Origin: Ginglymostoma cirratum
Taxonomy: Eukaryota
DNA length: 64,000 bases
Reading direction: 5' to 3'
Assembly (NCBI GenBank): GCA_024137785.1
Contig: JAHRHZ010000022.1
Location: forward strand, 31,972,511-32,036,510
Shown: in pieces, positions 53,961-64,000 of the stretch
How the letters are laid out: every line of letters begins with the position of its first letter
Position numbering within the stretch: position 1 is the stretch's first letter
The notes under the pieces: model-generated
Databases searched by the model: none
Seen by the model: only the letters and a program-made list of their open reading frames with translations
What the model was told of the DNA's origin: nothing
Made by a program: the position numbers and the translations under genes

Positions 53961-54158
53961 AGCATCTGTGATGAGAGAAATAAAGTTAATATTTCAAGTC
54001 TAGTATTATTCTTCTTTAGAATAGGACAGAAGGGTCATACCAGACTGGAAACATTAACTCCATTTATCTCTCTACAGATGCTGCCAGACCTGCTGAGTTT
54101 CTCCAGCATTCTCTGTGTTTGTTTCAGATTTCCAGTATCTGCTGTATTTTGCCTTTAT
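53960..54158. mobile_element. Older fold-back PLE pLTR insertion with decayed hammerhead
   Basis: Minus arm 53960-54020 and plus arm 54025-54158 (…gaagggtcataccagactggaaacattaac…cagatgctgccagacc). Confidence 0.7.
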
Positions 54159-55859
54159 CAGTCTATTCCTTTCCCTGGCCCCAGATTGCTTTCTCTTACC
54201 TCAGATTATGCCCATTGTCTTTGGCTGTAACTCACAGAAAATATTCAGGTTTTGCATTGTATCTCTTCCATTTGGAGTATTTCTGTTCAATTCCTTGACA
54301 CTCTTTTAAGTACAGCATTCCATGGTCTCTCTCAAAGAATTTTCCCGATAGTCACTAAATTGCATTCTCTATCTTGTTTGCTTTTAAAACAGAAAAATCC
54401 ATCTTACTTAAAAGTTCAGTACATTCATAAATAATTTGCAGCCATGAAACATTGTTACAACAAAACTAGCCTCTTATCCAAAATCCAGACTTACGTCCTG
54501 TTTGCAAATCCAAAATAATTTCTGATGCTGAATTCAGACTAAACACTATCCTGTGTCCAGACTTGCAGTCTGATCATAAGCTAACCTTTATCTTGAATCC
54601 AGTCCCCTGTGATATGAACAAAACCTGAAATCTCCCTTTGTTTTTCCACAATTTGGGTGTTTTCTCCTGATTTAGTCTGTGTTTGTACTGTAATTGCAGC
54701 AAAATTATCACATGACACTATTACAGTTGGAGTGCAAATGCATCCTTCCTCAACAGTTACGATCTGTTCTTTCTAATTATTTTTAATACCTTGAAAATCC
54801 TTTTCTCAAAAGGATAGGGGAATACTATTAGTTCCATTGAAATGACTTCATGTTGCTCCAGTGATCTAAATATTTAACAGCAGCATAACCTAGATGTCAC
54901 TACATTGAACAAATTTGATTACACCCAAACATTCATTTTACTTCAGATATTTTAATGCTCAAATTTTATTTCATTGAGTGAAACCACAAGTTGTCTTTTA
55001 ATTCAGCTTTAATTGCTGCCAAACTGTTCCACAATGATGTACAATATTCAGAATTCATGTATTAAAAATAAACAATGCTGCATTGATTTAAAAAATACTC
55101 TTCTAACACCTACTAACAGCACATGACAAATCAATTTATCACATAGGAATTATAAAAATATTTGGCATTTTTTTACTTCACTGGGCATGACTGGCCAATT
55201 GTAACATAGAGCATGGCATTATTTCCCCATAGTACACTTGAAAATCGTAGCCCCACACAAAGCCCATCTCTAATCCACCTGTTTATGTGCCATATTCAGC
55301 TTCTGCCAACAGAGTTGTTTCTTGGAGGAAATTATACCAGCATCTTGTTTTTCAGAGACAAGACAATATTTAACATTCAATTGTACCTCAACCTGGATAG
55401 AAATCTTAGAAGTGATTTTTCTCTTTAACATAATTTTCTTCATTGATTTATAGCAGCATCAAAATGCATGCAACTTCTGCCAGCTTCTCGTAGTTTGTAG
55501 TGGGGGAAATTAGAAGCCTTATTCTAAGGAAATGTTAACTCATGGAAAAAACTGCAGCAGTTAGACAGAATCATCACCGTGACTTTGAAAATCTGGATGT
55601 TTGCTTTCTGCAGTTTAGGCCCCTAGACAAGATAATACTGCCCAACAAAAAGACTTGGGCCATAATCCAAAAATCCATATCAGTTCCTGTAGAATTTCTT
55701 TGTGAAAAGGGTTATGGTGAAATTTTGTAATGGAAACATAGTTCAACAGCATACACACAAGCATTAGTTTATTTTATGTATATTTATTTGAATTTACATA
55801 TAGTATTTTGGTATGTGCATATATGCTTAATGACACTGTAAGCATATCCGCAAATAAGG

Positions 55860-56485
55860 GGTCAAACCAATGAAGCTACAACACAAGACTGTTTGCAAGC
55901 CAAAAGGAAAAGTAACAGGGAATAGACAAGCCTCTGTGATCCCAAAACCAATAGAACAGATCGAAGCTCCTCAGTCCTGCCACATTGAATTGTGAAAGAT
56001 AGTAAACATTTAAAGAACAAACAAGAGTTGGAGGCACCACTAATATCCCCATCCACAACGAAGGGAGAGTCCAGCATATTCGTGCAAAAGACGTGGCTGA
56101 AGTATTTGCATCTATCTTTAGCCAAAAGTGCTTATGGATGATGCCTCTCAGCCTTCTCCTGAGGTCCCTGGCACCACGTGTGCCCATCTTCAGTCAATTT
56201 GATTTTCTCCACATGTTATCAAGAAATGGCTGATGGCACTGGATGCTGCCAAGGCTCTGGGCCCTAACAACATTCTGGCAATAGCGCTGAAGACTTTGTT
56301 CCAGAGCTAACTGTGTCTCTAGCCAAGCTGTTCCAGTATATCTACAACACTGGCATCTTCCCAGTAATGTGGAAAAATGCCCCAGGTGCATCCTGTCCAC
56401 AAAGCACAAATCCAAAACTCCACTTACAAGTTCATCAGCAAAGTAATGGTAGGAACCATTAACATTGTTATCAAGTGGCTCTTAC
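55860..56485 (+). mobile_element. CR1-group non-LTR LINE fragment
   Basis: ALDAAKALGPNNI…PELTVSLAKLFQYIYNTGIFPVMWK, the pre-RT region of CR1/Jockey-group ORF2. Confidence 0.8.
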
Positions 56486-57011
56486 AAAGTAATAACCTTG
56501 TCAATGGCCCAACTCACCTTTAATTCTTTTTCATTATTATTTTTAAATTTCCAGCAGTAATTAAAAGTAGAAGGAATAGACATTACTTTGTGAAAGTTAA
56601 TCTTCAGTACCAGAGAGGTTATTAAGAAGTTGTTATTTGCTTGAAGGGCACTTAAATAGGAATGGACAAATGGAATTTTTGTGGCACATTTAGTCAGGAT
56701 CCATGAAGTAAAGTATAAGGACTTAACACTGTTCAGGTCATTTGAATATTGAGCCAATGAATTTTCATCCCACTTTTGAAGGAACAGGTCGTCAGATGCA
56801 GAATATATCAGCTATTTTCATTTAGTTGTGCACATGCTGTCGCTAAAGCTTGCTTTCTAACTTGCACAGTGAGTGACATTAGCCTCAGTTTGTTTCTTTT
56901 ACAAGAAATCCAGCCTAAAATCTCAGTTAATGGAGGTAACTGCCCACCAAAATACTGTAACCTGTGAAGGTAACACAAAGTAGAATTTGGGCTTGCTCTC
57001 AATTTACAAAG

Positions 57012-57144
57012 CATTTCTGATGAAGGGTCTAGGCCCGAAACGTCAAGTTTTCCTGCTCCTATGACGCTGCTTGGCCTGCTGTGTTCATCCAGCTCCTCAC
57101 CTTGTTATCTCGGATTCTCCAGCATCTGCAGTACCCATTATCTC
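57012..57144 (+). mobile_element. 133-bp PLE pLTR mini-insertion with intact hammerhead
   Basis: Same family as 1-150 and 40964-41095; imperfect TSD aatttacaaag (57001) / attttacagag (57148). Confidence 0.85.
57017..57044 (+). ncRNA. Minimal type I hammerhead ribozyme, canonical core
   Basis: CTGATGA-A-GGGT(ctag)GCCC-GAAA-CGTC; predicted cleavage after C57044. Confidence 0.8.
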
Positions 57145-58859
57145 AGAATTTTACAGAGATGGATTTACTTATACTTAAGTGCTGGTTTATTCCTCTTATT
57201 TATCCTAGACTTGTTCTAAAGTTCAAATGGAATGAAATTTAGTCAACCAGCAGAATGCAGTCCCCACCTTTACCTAACAGACCCCAGAAGCGTACAATTC
57301 AATATTTAAGGTGGATTACAGAACAAAGAGTGGTATAGAAATGGAAAATTAAGTCTGACAAATTAAACTTTTGACAGCTTTGAATTACAGCTTAGCCATG
57401 TATATTTTATATTTTTGACTTCTGGCAACTAGCCTTCTGATAGTCTAGCTGAGCATAAGCAGAACTGCTATTACTCTGAGACATGCACCCAGAGACTGCT
57501 AAATTGATGGGTGAATTAGTGGTATATGGTCCTTCTACTGCACAAACACTTGCAAAGATATTGACGAAATTCCTGTTAAGATTTTACAGAAGCACAACAG
57601 GTTTGGAGTGGAAGATGTAAGTGAATGACATATTTACATCATGAGATGAACAAAATAAACTCTTTTCTGCCTGTTTACAAATCTTTACCATAGAGTAATC
57701 CCATTATAATGATTTTTAAAGTGCTAATTTGTCTCCCTGATTGTAAAAGAAAAAATGTTTTAAAAATATTTTGAATGACAGCAGCCAGGTAAAAATTGTG
57801 TCTTGGAAGCCCTTACATTTAATGCCATTGTAACACTATCTAATTTCAGGACAAAAAAGTTAGAGTTATTCAATTGAAGAAAAATCTTACTTTCTTACAT
57901 AATTGTCTTTTTTTAATCTGTAGGAATTCCCTTCAGGATAATTATAGGTTACTGTAGAATTATTTGCACCAAAAATAGCATTCTAAATTCTCAGGCCTGT
58001 GGAACAAGGGACAAGATTGTTTACTGCTTGTCTATTCAGAAAGATCACAGCCTTATACAATAAATTTTCCATGAAAAATATATTTAAAAATGATTTCTAA
58101 ATCAGTACAGCCAGTACTTGTCTTGAGGAATATGATGATGTTAACCTTATTAAATCCAGCCCATTGAACTACACTGTATCATCAGCTGAGGTTTTGACCT
58201 TTTGAGAGATGACTTTCTTCGCTGGGCCTTTCATATATTCTTTCTGCTATGAAATGAAATGCCGAAACAAAAGAGGAACAAACTTGCATTCATGTAGCAA
58301 ACTTCATAACATCAGGACATCCTAGAGTTTTTCAGTAGTTTTGAAGAGAGTTCTGGTTGTGTAGTTGCAAATTTAAATTTTTTTTTAAAAAATTGCCAAT
58401 TCCATTTATCACTCTGAATCTAACCTGATATTCCAAACAAATGTTTACTGGACAACACTGGATGCGAACATAGCAGATAATTCAATCAAAGTCTCTGCAA
58501 GATAATTGCTAAACAAGAAGAAAGTTTAGTCTTTTTATTAACTTCTAGATAGATCCATTAGTTAATTGATGCTGAGTTAAATGGACTGAATTTTCCCATT
58601 TTCAATTAAAATGCATTGGCAAGTGAGTTGCATAGTGTTTGGTCTGCCGTGATCGAAGGCAGATTCTCCTATTAATTATGCAATTGAGCTGTTGAGCATG
58701 TTTCTTGGGGAATCACATGGCCAGGGAAATGGATGTGTATGCTACCGGTGAGATCTACTGGCTTACAAGACTCTGGTGTATATTTAAAACCAAGTTATAA
58801 ACTGTAGGCTATGAGCTAATTTTCAAACAGCAGTGATCAGCCCCCGAAGATATTTCAGA

Positions 58860-59055
58860 AGAAAGGTATTTGACCTTCCAGGACAAAGGTCTGGAGGTGC
58901 TGGTGGAGAGGAAGAAGTTAATCCTTTTCGTTTTGACCAGCAAAAGAAACCTCTTCAACAGATCCAGCCAGTTTGGGCAGAATTTCTCAGTCCTCTGTCC
59001 TGCATAAAAAATAATGATGTCCAGCAACGCTACAAAAAGTTGACTGATCTGAGCT
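58860..59055 (+). pseudogene. Harbinger Myb/SANT DNA-binding ORF relic
   Basis: …QQIQPVWAEF…NDVQQRYKKLTDL fits the W.E.A…QC.KK.NDL trihelix pattern; element probably starts near 58582 (ggactgaatttt). Confidence 0.6.
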
Positions 59056-60433
59056 CTACAAGAATAAGTCCCACCAACGTGTCTCTGCTATTCGCATTCA
59101 CTTGGCACCCTTCACTCTGACTCTGCTGCTGCACACATATCTCTGTATTGCAGGCATTATGTTTGCAAAGGGCGCACATCCACCTCATCCCCACAAGTTA
59201 CTAACCCCTCCTGCCCTCTTCACTTCCTGTTCACTCTCTGGTGACACCTCAGCAATTCTTCTGCTCCTGCATGTTCACCAACTGTTTTTTTAATCCATTT
59301 CCATCATCCTTAATTCCTCCCTTTGTATCATTGCAGGAAAATAGCTCCATACCCCAGACTGCTGTCTCAATAGTGCCTCAACTGACCTACCTATAATCCC
59401 TGGACTGTTTGCACTTGATCTGTATGACTAACTATGGCCAACCCCCTGAAGAGATGTGCCATTTGATTAACTGTAGCAGTACCCTCTGACTGAAGTCATC
59501 CTTCACCCCATGAAAGAATCTTTCTCTTTGACTTTCACACATCACCATTTGATTGAAGTACATACTGTGTGTTTGCCATGTAGACTGTTGAGATATACAG
59601 GAGCTATGATGTCGTAGGGCAAACTACGCAGTGGACAAATCCGCCCTGTCTGTCTGATAGATTAATTGTTCTGTGTTCCCCAGTCACAAACCTTCTGCCT
59701 CCCCCTCTGAAATAGAAAGCAAACTAAAGTGTAGAGGCTGGTAGACTCAGTGCTACTGAGAAAGAAGCTTGGAGCAGACAGAGGCTGTCAACTTCCAAGT
59801 AGGTGCTTAAGTGAGTGAATGTAAAGAAAGGAAGGTAAGCGCTATAAGATGCTTGTATCCATGGCAGTGCAGAAGCATCCCATGAGGTATTTGGCTGTCC
59901 CTGGTAGAAGCATGCAAGTGATAGGTGCCTGTCAGCTTCAATGTAGTGTTGAAGGCCAGATGTGATTGTTTGTTTCGGTTTGAGAGCTAGCGTGATGCTG
60001 TGGTGAGGTTGGACATTTGTCGGTGTGGAGTTGCACAGATGAAGAGTTGAGGGGGATGGTGTATGGAGCATGCAGGGACGTTGTTGTGAAGAGACGGTGG
60101 CATGTTGGCTGGGACAGGCAGTCGGTGAGTGGCAGCCGCTGAGTATCTTCCCTGGTTTACCTGTTGGGGACTTACACCATCTCCTTTCTCTATAGAAGAG
60201 AACTGGAAATGTGAGATAAAGAGGATGAGTTGGAGCTTGAATGATATCCAATTTCATGGAAATAAGGCAGTTGCCTTTTGAGGGTGAGATTGTGAAATTT
60301 CCATTTAAATCTTGAGGTGAAAATCAAGAACTTTTTTCCTCGACGTCAAGAATCTGATCTTTTCATTCTTACCCTGTTTTGTCTGAACTCTCACCACACC
60401 AGGGAGAGGGATATCCCACCTCTTTGTGTTATA

Positions 60434-60757
60434 GGGGCAGCACGGTGGCTCAGTGGTTAGCACTGCTGCCTCACAGCACCAGGCACCCGGGTTTGATTCC
60501 AGCCCCGGGCGACTGTCTGTGTGGAGTTTGCACATTCTCCCTGTGTCTGCGTGGGTTTCCTCCGGGTGCTCCGGTTTCTTCCCACAGTCCAGATATGTGC
60601 AGGGTAGGTGGATTGGCCATGCTAAATTGCCCATAGGTGGGTTAGACATGGGAATTGCAGGGTTAGGGGAATGGGTCTGAGTGGGATGCTGTTCGGAGGG
60701 GAGGTGTGGACCTGTTGGGCCAAATGGCCTGTTTCCACCCTGTAGAGATTCTATGAT
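60434..60757 (+). mobile_element. HE1 SINE (V-SINE), full length
   Basis: tRNA head GGTGGCTCAGTGGTTAGCACTG…, V domain gtggagtttgcacattctcc…gggtttcctccgggtgctccggtttc, HER1 tail ctgtagagattctatgatt. Confidence 0.95.
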
Positions 60758-61079
60758 TTTATTCTCAAGTACATCATAAGGTACTGGGCATCCAGTCAGA
60801 TATAGAATAAGGAATGAGCAGTAAATTATTCCACTGGCATAGGGAATGGAAATGTAGCTTGTATATCATTAGCAGACAAGGCTTTTTGCTGAGTTTTTTT
60901 TTAAGGAAAAGGGATTTTTCACAGTGCTCTAACTGAGGGTATATTCTCTACACTTTAGAGGTTTTTAAAATTAAATTGGGATGGTTGGCAGTTTGAACTA
61001 CCTTTGATTGGACCTTCAGCCAGGATGATAATGATAAGCGCCCATCCAAACAACAGCCTGCCCTTGACAGATTCATGAC

Positions 61080-61910
61080 CAGACGAGACGGAAACAGAAA
61101 GCAGAGGAGATGGGGAGAATATAGCTCTCTGGAGGCACTATCTGTGACACATGGGTGTATAGACAGAGGGCGAATGTCCTTGATTTGTCAGAACAATGGG
61201 GCCTCAGGAGGCTGAGCTTGTCTGGTCAGACAGGCACAGTGGCCAATTCCACTGGTCATCGACTTCTCAACATTTGGATCCTTGCAGTGCTATGTACAAG
61301 ATAGGATCTTCCAGCTGGCAGCCCACAAATGGATATGACAGATGACTGATGGCTTATTTGCCAGTTATACGAACTTTGCCTGTGTTGATGCTAGTCACAA
61401 TGAGCAGAACTCAAACTGGCAGCCCTGTCTTGTTGCCCACAAATACACAAGACTATTAATTGCAGATACCTGATGATCCAATAACATTATGTAGATGGTA
61501 TGCAGTCACAAAAGGTAATTTCCAGGGAGCCGTCGCGGTGCTTTCACCCTGCATCAGCCTCCAGACCTGAAAGCAGTCTTAACGTTACTCAGAGGCAAGA
61601 GACAACCACTTCAAACTTATCTCAATAATGTCCGTCAGAAACCTGACCAAGACAATCCCAATGGTGCTATTGTGAATACCAATGACTAAGGTCTATGATC
61701 AGACAAGCCAATAGGATGCTGATGTGCTTCTAGTACCTTGACAGATTTGGAGGTGCCCTTCAGTATGTACCAGCCAGTGTCTTGAGGTGGTCCTGGCATG
61801 CTGCATCATTCACAACGTGGGGCAGTGGCACGGTTTGGACCTGGAAGAGAAACAAAGCACAAAGTGGAGATTATCATTGAATGATTCTTTGGAGGAGGAG
61901 GAATAGGACA
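61080..61910 (+). pseudogene. PIF/Harbinger (HARBI1-like) transposase relic
   Basis: FSTFGSLQ…; MCF*YLDRFGGALQYVP (61722) and VVLACCIIHN (~61785-61816), then acidic EEE tail; stops and frameshifts. Confidence 0.8.
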
Positions 61911-63639
61911 AGAAGTAAAGTGGTGAGGATAATGCAGCACAAGGTATTCATATTGCTGCCCAGGATACTCAGTTCACTTCGTCTGTACCAGGATACTAAT
62001 GTCAGAAGCACATGCAACAGCCACACCTCCAGGCTTGATACCCTCGAAGCATTTGGCACAAAGCAGTCTTGCAAATAACCAACTGGTGATCCCTTGTTCA
62101 GGTCGACAATGACCCAAATCAGTTCATACCTTTCCATTCATTCTGAAACAAGTGACACAAAAAGTGACATACCACACAGTAATCAAGAAGAGGTAGGATG
62201 AGAGTGTGTGATAAAAGAATTAAATTTATGTTCTCTTACCGAAATAGCAGCAGCTTAACAAAAAAATACACTTTTTATCACGTACCCCCATGTATACTCC
62301 TGTGCAGCTACAAAGCTTTTTACTTCATTTTCCTTTCAACTTCAGTATTATGCAACCCTCCCTAACTTGAGCAGATGTACAGTCAGCCTACTCAGATCCC
62401 TGCTTTAACTGTTTAGATGCGGTTGGCAAATAAGTTCTGTATTTTGAGGCCCATCACTTCCTTGTAGAAGTGGGCTCCACCTGCACCTTAGGGGCAGGCT
62501 CTACCATAGAGACAAGACACATATTATCTAACAGTTGGAGGTTGGAGAAAGTGTTTGCTTCGATCCATACCTCGTTTAGCCATCGTTGCTTTCACGGACA
62601 TCTATATTTCACTTCTATTTCACTGCCGGAGTGCATTTTGCTGCAGATCAGTGCAGTACCGTAGGTCATGGGTGTTTGTCATCCTGTTCAAGATGGTGAG
62701 TCTGTTGTTACCAGAGTATGCAGAGGGAGGCCAGGTCAAGATGGGATGGACTATTTGATTGCAACATTTAATATTCCATGGAGCTAGCCACTATGCCCAT
62801 GCAAGAAGACATCACCAAAAAGCCTTACAACATCAACTCATTCATACTTGAGGCAGATTCCTCGATCCTCTTTGTCCTTCATTATTAGGGTTGGAAGATC
62901 TATTGACGCATCTCACATTGTCTGCTGCACTTCAATGATTCTCCTTATTATTATGGTGCCTCAGATCCAGCTGAGCGGAGCCTGGACAGATTTGTGGTCA
63001 CTAATATGAAATGTCCACTGATGTGCCTGCCACTAGTATTAGAAATCCCAACTTTCAGAGCAACTAGCCTTGGTGCGTGGGGCGTCTGAAATGGTGCATG
63101 GATCCTTTGAAAGGAAGTAAGTAAAATGAAATAAAAAAGAAAAAATTGCAAGAAGAGGTTAAAAAAAAACAAAAAGGAAAGCAGACAGCTAAATGGCTAT
63201 GAACGAGCTCAGAAGACCCACTGCACTACCATCTTACCTTCAACCTTCTTGCCTTCAACTAAGCCCATTAGATACTGGAGTGATGGTTGTATGATTCCTC
63301 ATCATGCAACTACCATGCACTGGAACGCAGGCCTGGAAATTACATGTTAATGGGCTGGCTTAGTTAGCAAGACACCAATAGATGTACTGAACTAACTTCC
63401 ATGTCCTCCCATGATAACCCCTCATTCATCTCTAAGTAAATATAAGGGAAATCGAGAGCATTTGTTGGCTCGCATAACTGTTCATCTACTGATCTGGTTA
63501 TATTCTGTTTATTTTGTCCTGGTCCATTTCGCTCACCCTGATGAATACAAACATTCACAAAATTGAAAGGAAAGGCAGAATTAATTCCTTCCTTCCAAAG
63601 AGACCTTGGGTTTTATTTCATCTACGTTAAGTCTCACAG

Positions 63640-63850
63640 ATCTCACTCGGGAGAATTGGAAAAGAGCTGCAATGGCCCGATTAGGTGGGATTTGGGAGGA
63701 GCTGGAATCCTATTCCTAATCACTGCCTAGTAACTGCTTTTGAAAGTGCACATATGTGGATGTGAGATGAGGACAGATTGGACGTGACTATTACAGCTCT
63801 CAGTGAAACAGCCTGCTGACACACTCATCAAATTAAACACTCAATAAATT
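63640..63850 (+). mobile_element. Old SINE-like remnant
   Basis: Resembles ancient vertebrate SINE body; weak recall only. Confidence 0.3.
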
Positions 63851-64000
63851 TTGTTACTCTTCAGCTGAAATTGCTTTAATGGCTTTGCAAGCAATTGCCA
63901 ACTGCTCCTTCATATACTTTTGTGGAACTGTAGCTCTGTTATCTCGTTCTGAATGGAGATAATTAGGAACCTGTGGAGTCAGATTCCAATGAAGAATAAG

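Noticed and set aside
60121-60130. GTCGGTGAGT, miR-181 3' end match
   Set aside because: Seed region absent; lies within a transposon relic
60305-60680. ORFs overlapping HE1, and tRNA-like heads at 762 and 60434
   Set aside because: SINE-derived; heads have A/B boxes but continue into SINE bodies, so they are neither tRNA genes nor proteins
1-64000. CRISPR arrays, operons or other prokaryotic systems
   Set aside because: Sequence is vertebrate genomic DNA; no regularly spaced direct repeats or dense coding were seen

Overview
This is eukaryotic, AT-rich, repeat-dense DNA, almost certainly from an elasmobranch (shark/ray): it carries an HE1 V-SINE, HER1/CR1 tails, Deu-type SINEs, L2, Penelope-like elements (PLEs) and PIF/Harbinger relics. 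No complete gene is visible, and nearly all ORFs in the track are spurious or decayed transposon sequence. There are two credible host-exon candidates. One is a + strand first coding exon (about 510 nt free of ATG, then ATG ATG ATG TAT TTG TGG|GTAGGT at 29457-29480) inside a ~6 kb repeat-poor block with repeated E-boxes. The other is a CpG-retaining exon-like island at 2111-2438. The most striking structure is a dispersed set of short PLE terminal-repeat insertions carrying minimal type I hammerhead ribozyme cores (intact at 24-51 and 57017-57044). These often form fold-back inverted pairs with target-site duplications, and their breakpoints cluster at the ribozyme core or just after the predicted cleavage site. 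All family assignments come from recalled motifs, not database searches, and repeat boundaries are approximate.
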